The notes beneath the pieces were generated by a model. The model was given only the letters and a program-made list of their open reading frames with translations, had not been told where the DNA came from and made no database searches. A DNA stretch of 34,293 bases. Origin: an uncultured Bdellovibrionales bacterium (GTDB lineage Bacteria > Patescibacteriota > Minisyncoccia > Moranbacterales > UBA1568). Below, piece by piece: positions 19,295-27,326 of the stretch. How positions within the stretch are numbered: the first letter of the stretch is position 1; the number at the start of each line of letters is the position of its first letter. A program made the position numbers and the translations under genes. The DNA lies in the NCBI GenBank assembly GCA_964357915.1, contig CAYHND010000002.1:1-34293 (forward strand). The letters run 5' to 3'.

Positions 19295-20422
19295 CTAGTC
19301 TTCTCTAAAACCTTCAATCGCCTTCTTGAGTTCGGTCATAAAACGTTCTTCACTAAAGAGACTTGCTCTTGCTCGCAATGTATCTCTATCAAAGCTTTCT
19401 TCTTGCTGGATAAAACGGAGAATGGCTTCAGCGAGAATCTCTGGCATAAAAGTATTGAAGAAAAGTCCATGGGTCTGATCTTCGACAATCTCTCGCACCC
19501 CACCACGAGCTGAAGCAATGACCGGCGTCCCTGCCGCTAAAGCTTCAACAGCCACCAGGCCAAAATCTTCTTCTGAAGGAATAATGAGTGCGCGAGCGCC
19601 TTGGTACAAAGCTTGAAGCTCAATGTCTGTAACGTGACCCTTGAAAGTGATTGTCTTGCCAGCCATCCGGCCGAGAGTCTCTCTTTCTGGTCCAGCACCC
19701 ACTACCACCAGTGGCAGACCGAGCTTGTTCATCGCATCAATAGCTACATCAACTTTCTTAGCTTTGGTCAATCGAGAAACCACCAAAAAGTAGGTCCGCT
19801 CTTTTTCTTCCGTAGATTTTTCTGCTATTTGAATGCCTGGGTACACTACGGTGCTTGGTTTACGGTAGTACTTGGCTATCCGTCTCTTGGTAAACTCTGA
19901 ATTAGCTAGTAGCACATCTGGTCGGTCAGCAGCTTGGAAGTCCCAGACTCGGAGATACGAAAGGGCAAAGCGGCCGAAAATCCGAAAAGGAAGTGCTAGA
20001 CCGAGATCCTGTAGATAGCTCTTGTGTTTATCCCAAGCGAAGCGCATCGGAGAGTGCAGATAGGCAATATGCTTGGTATGAAGACGCGTGACAAGACCCT
20101 TACTCCAGGCGCCAGAGGAAGAGATAACCAGATCGTACTCACGAAGATCAAACGACTCGATAGCCGCTGGAAAGAAAAGTAACAGCAATCGAGGACGCTT
20201 ACGAAGAAAAGCTGGCAACTTAGCCAGCCAAGATGTCTTTATACGTACCCCGGGCAGGTGTTTTTGGGTGAGTTCTGAATCAGCAAGTAGCGTATATACT
20301 GGAGCATCTGGGTAGAGCTTAGAGATAGCCTGCAATACCCTCTCTGCGCCACCATAACTGGTCAGAAAATCATGTACAATGGCTATTCTTTGAGATTTGT
20401 TGTGAGGAGTATTTTCAGACAT
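19295..20422 (-). CDS. Glycosyltransferase family 4 (GT-B fold)
   Basis: N-terminus RIAIVHDFLTSYGGAERV. C-terminal E-x7-E region PSEEDFGLVAVEALAAGTPVIA. Confidence 0.85.
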   Translation of the reverse strand: MSENTPHNKSQRIAIVHDFLTSYGGAERVLQAISKLYPDAPVYTLLADSELTQKHLPGVRIKTSWLAKLPAFLRKRPRLLLLFFPAAIESFDLREYDLVISSSGAWSKGLVTRLHTKHIAYLHSPMRFAWDKHKSYLQDLGLALPFRIFGRFALSYLRVWDFQAADRPDVLLANSEFTKRRIAKYYRKPSTVVYPGIQIAEKSTEEKERTYFLVVSRLTKAKKVDVAIDAMNKLGLPLVVVGAGPERETLGRMAGKTITFKGHVTDIELQALYQGARALIIPSEEDFGLVAVEALAAGTPVIASARGGVREIVEDQTHGLFFNTFMPEILAEAILRFIQQEESFDRDTLRARASLFSEERFMTELKKAIEGFRED

Positions 20423-20449
20423 AGAGTATATATTGGCTTCACTTTTGCT

Positions 20450-20478
20450 ATTATAGCATGCTAGAAACCGCTTCCTAA
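20450..20478 (-). promoter_or_regulatory. Extended -10 promoter for the GT4-holB-ftsQ operon
   Basis: The minus strand reads TTAGGA (20478-20473), a 17-nt spacer ending in TGc, then TATAAT (20455-20450), giving the TGnTATAAT extended -10. It lies about 28 nt upstream of ATG 20422. Confidence 0.6.
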
Positions 20479-20586
20479 GGGACTTTTCTCATCAACCTTA
20501 TTCCTATCTGGCGAGGTAGCTAAAGTATTTTCTGAGACCGCTATTTCTTGAGCGGGCATGGTTCCTGAGTAATAACGAAGGAGAGC

Positions 20587-20624
20587 GAAAGAAATAAGAA
20601 TGATTTTCTCGCTGGGAAAATCAT
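20587..20624 (-). terminator. Rho-independent terminator after the 20651..21757 GT4 gene
   Basis: On the minus RNA, augauuuuc-ccagcga-gaaaaucau forms a 9-bp stem (20624-20616 / 20608-20600), followed by the U-rich tail ucuuauuucuuuc. Confidence 0.6.
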
Positions 20625-20650
20625 GTGTCAAAGAAAGTACTTTGGTCTAC

Positions 20651-21757
20651 CTAGAACAATTCTTTTATTTCAGAAGCGCATCGAGACCAACTAAACCTGT
20701 CCAGGTTCTTCTTCATTTTTTCTTGAAGAATAGTTTTTTCTGCCTCATCCATCTGCAGTGTTTTGTAAATACCCTCTGCAATACCCTCGCTACTCGTCGA
20801 ATCTACATATATTGCGCCTTCCCCTCCTACTTCTGGTAGCGACGAAGACTGACTTGTGACTACTGGCACACTCGCTGCCTGAGCTTCAAGCACCGGTAGC
20901 CCAAAGCCTTCATAGAGTGATGGAAAGATAAAAACGCCCGCATTCTCTAGAAGAGTTAGCTTCTCTTCTTCACCCACATAACCCCGCTCCTGAATCTCAT
21001 TCCTAAAGCGAGAGCTGAAGATTCTTCTTCGCACCTGCTCATAGCCGTGACCTTTTTTCCCAACCAGTATGAGTTGGTGCGGTATCTGATAACGCTCTTT
21101 GAGTATTTCAAAAGCTTCGATAATACGAACGACATTCTTGCGCTCTTCTATCCTTCCAATAAAAAGCAGATAAGGAATCCCTGTTTGATGTTTGCTGTTT
21201 GATTCATATTCCTTCTCTACGAATCCTTCTCCAATAACCACTATTTTCTCTTCAGGTACGCCATACAGACGTATGAGATCTTTTTTCGTATTCTCCGATA
21301 CAGCGATGATGGTATCCGCTTTCAGACATGAATAGCGGATAGATATGCGCATATACAATCGCTCCAACCAGCCGTAGCTTTTGGGACTTACCTCGTATTC
21401 TAGACCATGAACCGTGACCATATTGCGCTTGCCTCCAATAAGTGGCAGGGTGTGAGCTGGTACAAACAAGGTATCTACAGGATGGAGAAGCATCTCGAGA
21501 GAGAGCCCTCCTTGGGTCCAGAAGCGTGGTGCCCAAATACCGCGCAATTGCCAATTATTTGGTAGTGAGAAGTCAATCTCTGGATAAATAAAGACTGGCT
21601 TCCAACTCCTGATACGGAGTTTTTTTCTTACATAAAGATTCACACTCCTGTCAGAGGGTATGGTGTCTCGTAAGTGTTTCACAACTTGATAGCTGTATTC
21701 TTCAATACCAGTTCGATAGCGGAGAAAGGCTCGAGAAGCGTCAATGCCAATGTGCAT
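20651..21757 (-). CDS. Glycosyltransferase family 4/1 (GT-B fold)
   Basis: IFPSLYEGFGLPVLEAQAASVPVVTS (E-x7-E motif) and N-terminus MHIGIDASRA. Starts 1 nt after the mreB stop. Confidence 0.85.
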   Translation of the reverse strand: MHIGIDASRAFLRYRTGIEEYSYQVVKHLRDTIPSDRSVNLYVRKKLRIRSWKPVFIYPEIDFSLPNNWQLRGIWAPRFWTQGGLSLEMLLHPVDTLFVPAHTLPLIGGKRNMVTVHGLEYEVSPKSYGWLERLYMRISIRYSCLKADTIIAVSENTKKDLIRLYGVPEEKIVVIGEGFVEKEYESNSKHQTGIPYLLFIGRIEERKNVVRIIEAFEILKERYQIPHQLILVGKKGHGYEQVRRRIFSSRFRNEIQERGYVGEEEKLTLLENAGVFIFPSLYEGFGLPVLEAQAASVPVVTSQSSSLPEVGGEGAIYVDSTSSEGIAEGIYKTLQMDEAEKTILQEKMKKNLDRFSWSRCASEIKELF

Positions 21758-21758
21758 A

Positions 21759-22778
21759 CTATTTCGTTAACATGATAGTACGCTTATAGACATCGAGATT
21801 CTCTAGTACAATGCCTGTCCCCTTCACTACACAAAAAGCTGGATCATCAGCTACGTAGCACGGCACATTGATAGTCTTAGAGATAAGTTGATCCAAATGG
21901 CGAAGTTGTCCCGTGCCACCAGAGAGCACCATACCTTTATCCATAATGTCTGATGCCAATTCTGGCGGTGTTTCTTGTAACACCTGCTTAATCACATTGA
22001 TGATCTCTCGGAGCTCATCCTGGATAGCCTCGGTCACTTCATTGGACGATAGGTTGACGGTTTTTGGTAGGCCTCCCATCAAGTCTCGTCCGCGTACCTC
22101 CATGTAGTCTTCTTTGACCTGAGCCATAGCAGAACCGATAGTAATTTTTATTTCCTCTGCCGTCCGATCTCCAATAGCGAGACTGTATTTGCGCTTAATG
22201 TAGTCAGAAATAGCCTGGTCGATACGATTACCACCAACGCGAGCACTATGCGCTGCTACCACACCTCCGAGTGAGATAATGGCGATTTCCGAAGTTCCTC
22301 CTCCAATATTGATAATCATATTACCCTGAGCCGTATGGATAGGAATGCCCGCTCCAATAGCCGCGAGTATTGGTTCTTTGATAACATAGGCGGCCTTGGC
22401 TCCCGCTTTCATAGCAGCATCAATAACGGCACGACGTTCGGTTGAGGTGATACCTGCCGGAATAGAAATCACCACTTCGGGACGAAAGAAACGCACACGT
22501 CCACTTACTTTGTTGAGAAAATAACGAATCATCGCCTCAGTCACTCGGTAGTCAGCGATAGCGCCATCCTTCAATGGCTGCTTGGCAACAATAGTGTCCG
22601 GTGTACGGCCGAGCATCTCCTTGGCTTCATTCCCAACTGCCAACACTTTGTTTTCCAACAGTGAAATAGCCACTACTGATGGCTCATTGATAACTATCCC
22701 CTGTCCCGGCACAAACACGAGCGTGTTGGCCGTACCAAGATCTATACCAATTTTCCGTAAAAAGAAGGATTTTTTCAT
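21759..22778 (-). CDS. mreB: Rod-shape-determining actin homologue MreB
   Basis: IGIDLGTANTLV, NEPSVVA, VISIPAGITSTERRAV, INIGGGTSEIAIISLGG and VLSGGTGQL are canonical MreB phosphate and adenosine motifs. Confidence 0.95.
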   Translation of the reverse strand: MKKSFFLRKIGIDLGTANTLVFVPGQGIVINEPSVVAISLLENKVLAVGNEAKEMLGRTPDTIVAKQPLKDGAIADYRVTEAMIRYFLNKVSGRVRFFRPEVVISIPAGITSTERRAVIDAAMKAGAKAAYVIKEPILAAIGAGIPIHTAQGNMIINIGGGTSEIAIISLGGVVAAHSARVGGNRIDQAISDYIKRKYSLAIGDRTAEEIKITIGSAMAQVKEDYMEVRGRDLMGGLPKTVNLSSNEVTEAIQDELREIINVIKQVLQETPPELASDIMDKGMVLSGGTGQLRHLDQLISKTINVPCYVADDPAFCVVKGTGIVLENLDVYKRTIMLTK

Positions 22779-24037
22779 GCTGTTACTCTCTTAATATCGG
22801 CTCCGATAGCGGCCAGACGCTCCTCTATCTTCTCGTAACCACGATCTACCTGGTAAATTTCTTCGATAACTGTCGTCCCTCGAGCACACAATGCTGCGAT
22901 AATGAGAGCAGCACCAGCCCGCAAGTCATAGCTTTTGATCTGAGTCCCTCGAAGGCTACTTGGGCCAGTGACTAATACCTGATGAGGATTGAGTACCTTG
23001 GCGTGTCCCCCCATTTTCTCAAGTTCTGCCACATAGTTAAAACGTCCCTCAAAAAGCGAATCATGGATAAGTGTGTCTCCCACCGCTTGCGTAGCTAGAA
23101 TACCAAACGGTGCTTGCACATCGGTCGGAATACCAGGATAAATACGTGTGTCAACTTTGCTCACCGCTTTGAGTTGTTTGGCTGGTATGACGGTGATGCT
23201 TTCTTCCTCAATAGTGAAGCCTACTCCAAACTCACGCAGTTTTTCTAGGACTGCGTCAAGATGTTCTTCGCGAGCATTCACCACCGTAATAGGGCTATTA
23301 GTAGCGGCTCCAAGAATCAAGAATGTTGCTGCCTCGTTGGCATCAGGGATTAAAGTATGCTCTCCACTCCCGAGATCGGCACTGCCTTCAACAGAAAGTG
23401 TAGTTGTGCCAAGTCCAGTAATGCGAGCACCAAGCATATTAAGAAAACGACATAAGTCTTCCACGTGAGGTTCGCAGGCTGCGAGTTTGATGATAGTAGT
23501 ACCTGGAAGCACTGAAGCAAGCATGAGGACATTTTCAGTAGCAGTGACTGAAGACTCTCGCAAGACAACCATAGCGGCTTGACGGTTAGTCGCATCAATC
23601 TCATAACCCTGTTCTGTCTTGGTCACAGCCACGCCAAGTTTTTGAAGAGCATCCATATGAGTGTCCACAGGCCTTGCTCCAATGACGCAACCTCCTGGAT
23701 GACTGAGACTAAAATGATTCTGTTTAGCTGAGAGAGCACCTAGTAAAAGAATTGATGAACGAAGTTGTTTAACGAGTGACTGGTCAAGCCTGCTCACATC
23801 ATACTCACCTGGAGTGATCTGAACTGAATGATCATCTTTCCATACTACCTCCACCCCCATGCTTTGGAGGATCTCGAGCATGCGAAATACATCCTCAATA
23901 CGTGGGATGTTGTGGATAAGAGAAGTCCCAGGCGTGAGCAATGTAGCAGCCAAAATGGGCGTAGCTGCATTTTTGGAGCCACAAACAGCTATTTTTCCCT
24001 TCAATTGTTTGCCTCCAGTAATCTTAAATACGTGCAT
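22775..24037 (-). CDS. murA: UDP-N-acetylglucosamine 1-carboxyvinyltransferase
   Basis: GSKNAATPILAATLL, active-site loop HPGGCVIGARPVDTH (Cys present), YPGIPTDVQAPF and DLRAGAALIIAAL. The TGA stop overlaps the mreB ATG (ATGA at 22775-22778). Confidence 0.95.
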   Translation of the reverse strand: MHVFKITGGKQLKGKIAVCGSKNAATPILAATLLTPGTSLIHNIPRIEDVFRMLEILQSMGVEVVWKDDHSVQITPGEYDVSRLDQSLVKQLRSSILLLGALSAKQNHFSLSHPGGCVIGARPVDTHMDALQKLGVAVTKTEQGYEIDATNRQAAMVVLRESSVTATENVLMLASVLPGTTIIKLAACEPHVEDLCRFLNMLGARITGLGTTTLSVEGSADLGSGEHTLIPDANEAATFLILGAATNSPITVVNAREEHLDAVLEKLREFGVGFTIEEESITVIPAKQLKAVSKVDTRIYPGIPTDVQAPFGILATQAVGDTLIHDSLFEGRFNYVAELEKMGGHAKVLNPHQVLVTGPSSLRGTQIKSYDLRAGAALIIAALCARGTTVIEEIYQVDRGYEKIEERLAAIGADIKRVTA

Positions 24038-24067
24038 TTTCTCTTGTATTAAGCCTAAAGTAGGCTA

Positions 24068-24096
24068 AGTATAGCTCAATACCCGCTTTTTTTCAA
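24068..24096 (-). promoter_or_regulatory. Sigma70-type promoter of the murA-mreB-GT4 operon
   Basis: The minus strand reads TTGAAA (24096-24091), a 17-nt spacer, then TATACT (24073-24068), about 30 nt upstream of ATG 24037. Confidence 0.65.
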
Positions 24097-24133
24097 GGGT
24101 TACCCTTAGTGAAGCCATTTCTGGAACTAACTA

Positions 24134-24162
24134 TTGACTTTTATCGATTTTAGGTGTATAAT
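24134..24162 (+). promoter_or_regulatory. Near-consensus sigma70-type promoter of the lipoprotein gene
   Basis: TTGACT (24134-24139), a 17-nt spacer, then TATAAT (24157-24162). The 16-mer attttaggtgtataat is identical to the promoter at 520-548 (minus strand). This predicts a leader of about 78 nt. Confidence 0.75.
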
Positions 24163-24246
24163 GAACGGTCAGGTGAGATTCGCTCCCTCGACACCAGTTC
24201 TTCGGGTTAGTCACCCATCAACCTGCCCTAAGGAGGGATAAAGTTA

Positions 24247-24666
24247 ATGAAAAATTCAGTTATCGTCACTGCTTCGCTTATCGCATTCAGCCTTGCTGGT
24301 TGCGGTCAACAGAAACAGTCGGTCTCGCTTCAAACCAAATCTGAGGTGCCATCGGAATTACCTCACGTTTCCTATAAATCCGGAAATACAAAGGTCAGCA
24401 TTGCAGCCAGTGATATTCTGACCAAGCGTCTCGTCGCCCAACTCGGTGCGGAACAAGTCAGAAGGGAGAATCACTCCCCATTCACTAATTCCACCTGTAA
24501 GGCCACTCAACAACCTACTGGATGGAAGGTGTTCTGTAAGAGCATCGGCCCCATCCCTTGGTCGAGGAGTGACAAAAGACCAATACTTGGCTTCGGCGTA
24601 TCAGTACGCTTTGAGACAGGGCGGGATCTGAGTACCCGCGATACAGCTAAAATTGTTTTTGGCTGA
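24247..24666 (+). CDS. Small lipoprotein (139 aa), unknown function
   Basis: Signal peptide with lipobox MKNSVIVTASLIAFSLAGC. Strong SD AAGGAGGG 8 nt upstream. TGA stop followed by tandem terminators. Confidence 0.8.
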   Translation: MKNSVIVTASLIAFSLAGCGQQKQSVSLQTKSEVPSELPHVSYKSGNTKVSIAASDILTKRLVAQLGAEQVRRENHSPFTNSTCKATQQPTGWKVFCKSIGPIPWSRSDKRPILGFGVSVRFETGRDLSTRDTAKIVFG

Positions 24667-24675
24667 CTCAAAACC

Positions 24676-24709
24676 GGGAAGGGGATGTGCAGTGCACACT
24701 CCCCTTCCC
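24676..24709. terminator. Long GC-rich hairpin serving as terminator for convergent lipoprotein and trxB genes
   Basis: gggaagggga-tgtgca-g-tgcaca-c-tccccttccc forms about 16 bp of stem. On the plus strand it is followed by acccaattttt, and on the minus strand by gguuuug. Confidence 0.7.
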
Positions 24710-24727
24710 ACCCAATTTTTATACTAC

Positions 24728-24748
24728 ACAGCTTCAGGCTGTTTTTTT
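24728..24748 (+). terminator. Second (tandem) rho-independent terminator on the plus strand
   Basis: acagc-ttcag-gctgt followed by tttttt (stem 24728-24732 / 24738-24742, T-run to 24748). Confidence 0.55.
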
Positions 24749-24802
24749 ATTTTTAGTAGAAAAAAGTTTATTGAGAGATTGGAGAGATTTCTGATTCTTC
24801 CC

Positions 24803-25723
24803 TTATTTCCCCTTACGGATATAGTCGTAGGCTGAAAGAGCAGCAATCACTCCATAGCCGGCTGAGATGTTGTTTTGTTTGTATGGTACATCCGTAGCAT
24901 CGCCCGTAGCAAAAATGCCAGGAGCTGACGTAGCCGCTGTTTTGCCATCAACTACTATTTCATTACGTTCATTCATGGTAAGTAGGTTGGCTACAAATTC
25001 TGTGTTGGGCACCATACCAATTTCCACAAAGACTCCGTCGAGTGGAATGGTCTTCTCTGTTCCTGCTTCTAGATCACTGTAGAGCAGTCCCGTCACATTG
25101 GTCTCACCTAGAATCTCCTGAGTCAGCGCATGAAAAATCACACTCACCTTCGGAGATGCCAGAATATGATCCTGCGTAATTTGATCACCCTTGAGCTCGC
25201 CAGAGCGCACAATGAGAACTATCTCACTAGCATAGGGAAGAAGATCTTCTACGGCTTCTAGTCCAGCATTACCACCACCGACTACCGCTACTTTTTTATC
25301 ACGAAAAAATGGAGCGTCACAGGTGGAGCAGTACACTACACCTTTACCCTTGAACTTGTCTTCACCAGGAACATCAAGATGACGATGACGTCCGCCTGAA
25401 GCTATAATGACTGTTTTAGTATCATAGCTAGCCTTCGGTGTGGTGACGGTATAGCCACCCTCATCACGCTTGGTAAGCTCAGTCACTTTATTACCCACTA
25501 CAATTTCAAGTCCTTCTTGCGCGCGCAAATGCTTCTCTAGTGACTGAGCGAAGTCCCAGCCCGTGATGGTTTCAGTCCCGATCCAGTTCTCAATACCAGC
25601 AGAAACAGCTGACTGACTTTCAAAACTCTCCGTGATAAAGAGAACTTTCATTTGTTTACGGGCAGCATAAATACCCGCTGCTACTCCTCCTGGACCCCCT
25701 CCGATAATGATAATGTCGTACAT
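24803..25723 (-). CDS. trxB: Thioredoxin-disulfide reductase
   Basis: FAD motif IIIIGGGPGGVAAGIYAAR, redox CxxC CSTCDAPFF, NAD(P)H motif VAVVGGGNAGLEA, and C-terminal GIFATGDAT. Confidence 0.9.
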   Translation of the reverse strand: MYDIIIIGGGPGGVAAGIYAARKQMKVLFITESFESQSAVSAGIENWIGTETITGWDFAQSLEKHLRAQEGLEIVVGNKVTELTKRDEGGYTVTTPKASYDTKTVIIASGGRHRHLDVPGEDKFKGKGVVYCSTCDAPFFRDKKVAVVGGGNAGLEAVEDLLPYASEIVLIVRSGELKGDQITQDHILASPKVSVIFHALTQEILGETNVTGLLYSDLEAGTEKTIPLDGVFVEIGMVPNTEFVANLLTMNERNEIVVDGKTAATSAPGIFATGDATDVPYKQNNISAGYGVIAALSAYDYIRKGK

Positions 25724-25834
25724 AAACTAGGTTATAGTTGATAGAAAAAATAGCGCAGTAGCCTATTAAAAGCTTTACAGTAGCTACTCTTTAGCTAATA
25801 GCTCTCTCAAGTATACGGATGAAAAAAGCCTCTG

Positions 25835-27232
25835 TCAAAGGGCTAAAACCCTGGCCCGAAACTGGTCACCTCGGTCAAATTCATTCTGAAACATACCAAA
25901 ACTAGCTGCTCCTGGAGCCAAAAGCACTGCATCTCCAGCCAAAGCCTCTTTTTGAGCACTCTGTATCGCCTCTTCCATATTGCCTACCACCTGACACTTG
26001 GCCTCTACCGTATCATCCAGTAATGCCAGAATTTTATCAGTACCACTACCAGCAAAAAGAATTGTGAACTTAGCTCTGTTGATAGCCTCTAGAAGTTCAT
26101 CTAAAGGTAACTCCTTATCACTGCCTCCGGCGAGCAAAATCACTGGCCCCGTAACAGACTGGACCGATGCGAGACTAGCACTTGGGATAGTAGCGGCGGT
26201 GTCATTGATATAGCGTACTCCCTCAAGCTCGCGTACGAATTCAAAACGATGAGGAACGCCTCGGAAAGAAGCGAGAGCTTTACTGATTATTGTTACATCT
26301 ACTCCGTACTGGCGGGCTACTAAGCTAGCAGCTAAAAAATTCTCAAACAAATACTCTCCCTGAAGAAAAGAAGTTTTTTTCTCCAGTAACACTGTATCTT
26401 CACCATCGACACGTATATACAATCGTTCTTTATCTTGCCAAGCCTCACATTCAGCTGTATTGCCGGTATACAAGACCTGTCCTGGTGCTTGTTTAGCAAA
26501 ATATTCTGTCCAAGGATTTCTTTGTGGCAACACAAGTGTCCCCCCAGCATCTTGAAAAGCAAAAATCTGAGCCTTATCTTGAGCGTACTCTTCCATATCT
26601 CTATAGTAGTTCAGGTGATCTGGATAGAGATTGGTGATGACACTGACGCTCGGGCTTTTCTTAATAACTGATAGCCCTGAGAGACGCCATGATGAAATCT
26701 CAAAAACCACTACACTGTCTTTGGTCACCTTGGAAAGTTCTGAGAGCACCCCTATCTGACTAATACCTACGCGTACGACGTGGTGCGAAGCCTCTTCGAG
26801 AATCTCTGCTACTAGCGTCGCCGTGGTCGTCTTTCCCTTACTTCCAGTGATACCAATCACCGGAGCCTCACAGAGTGCCATAAAAATAGTTGAGTCCATC
26901 AGAACGAATGCTCCGTAGACCTGGGCGAGTAGAATAAGCGGGTTGTCCCAACGGATGCCGGGATTTTTGATGACTATATCAGCTTCTTGAAAATCTTTTT
27001 CACTGTGTCCACCTAAACGCCAGGTGATGCGACTATCAGGCGGAAGTTGTTCACAAGTACTCCTGAGCTCTTCTTTGGTCTTCGTGTCAGTAATGATAAT
27101 ACTAGCTGCCTTAGTGCCCAGAAGAAACTCGACTGTTCCAAGCCCACCACCATTGACTCCAAAGCCAAAAACAACGACTTTTTGGCCGTTAAAAGAGTCT
27201 CTGTTGAGGGTTTCTAAGCTACGCATAGTCAT
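25835..27232 (-). CDS. murD: UDP-N-acetylmuramoyl-L-alanine--D-glutamate ligase
   Basis: VVVFGFGVNGGG Rossmann N-domain, P-loop VIGITGSKGKTTT, and LLAGGSDKE. The track start 27271 is GTG only 9 nt from the upstream terminator T-run. ATG 27232 (or 27226), preceded by AGGGA, is preferred. Confidence 0.9.
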   Translation of the reverse strand: MTMRSLETLNRDSFNGQKVVVFGFGVNGGGLGTVEFLLGTKAASIIITDTKTKEELRSTCEQLPPDSRITWRLGGHSEKDFQEADIVIKNPGIRWDNPLILLAQVYGAFVLMDSTIFMALCEAPVIGITGSKGKTTTATLVAEILEEASHHVVRVGISQIGVLSELSKVTKDSVVVFEISSWRLSGLSVIKKSPSVSVITNLYPDHLNYYRDMEEYAQDKAQIFAFQDAGGTLVLPQRNPWTEYFAKQAPGQVLYTGNTAECEAWQDKERLYIRVDGEDTVLLEKKTSFLQGEYLFENFLAASLVARQYGVDVTIISKALASFRGVPHRFEFVRELEGVRYINDTAATIPSASLASVQSVTGPVILLAGGSDKELPLDELLEAINRAKFTILFAGSGTDKILALLDDTVEAKCQVVGNMEEAIQSAQKEALAGDAVLLAPGAASFGMFQNEFDRGDQFRARVLAL

Positions 27233-27279
27233 TTCTGTCCCTAGTATGGCATTTTTAGAGTATTTTGGCACTAGCGGCT

Positions 27280-27311
27280 AAAAAACAAAAACCGGATCCT
27301 CTGAGCCCGGT
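27280..27311 (-). terminator. Rho-independent terminator ending the GT2-galT-tpiA-gap-...-amidohydrolase operon
   Basis: On the minus RNA, accgg-gcucagaggau-ccggu is followed by uuuuguuuuuu (stem 27311-27307 / 27295-27291). Confidence 0.6.
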
Positions 27312-27326
27312 ATATTCGTATTTTCC

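Noticed and set aside
20600-20839. 79-aa plus-strand ORF spanning the intergenic hairpin and the 3' end of the GT4 gene.
   Set aside because: It starts inside the terminator hairpin and runs antisense to a well-supported GT4 CDS. It has no SD and a hydrophobic, low-complexity translation.
22775-22778. Alternative genetic code (UGA recoded as Gly or Trp, as in some CPR lineages or Mycoplasma-like code 4).
   Set aside because: murA ends at a TGA that overlaps the mreB ATG, at the expected protein length. The lipoprotein gene ends at TGA (24664-24666) just before a terminator. All conserved genes are intact under the standard code, so code 11 fits.
24095-24107. 13-bp palindrome aagggt-t-accctt overlapping the -35 of the murA promoter, considered as an operator.
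   Set aside because: Palindromes with 6-bp arms are expected several times by chance in 34 kb, and I saw no second copy. The evidence is insufficient.
24184-24238. Anti-SD pairing in the lipoprotein leader (tccctc 24184-24189 with gaggga 24233-24238), considered as a riboswitch or thermometer.
   Set aside because: Only 6 bp of complementarity that cannot be extended. No recognisable riboswitch core. This is easily chance in a purine-rich SD context.
25724-25834. Weak hairpin (agcc-N10-ggct with a U-run on the minus strand) overlapping the murD stop, and repeated cagtagc words, considered as a terminator or operator between murD and trxB.
   Set aside because: The stem is only 4 bp and the repeats are short (7 nt). 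I cannot support a call. murD and trxB may be co-transcribed, or trxB may use the weak TATAAC promoter noted in the findings.
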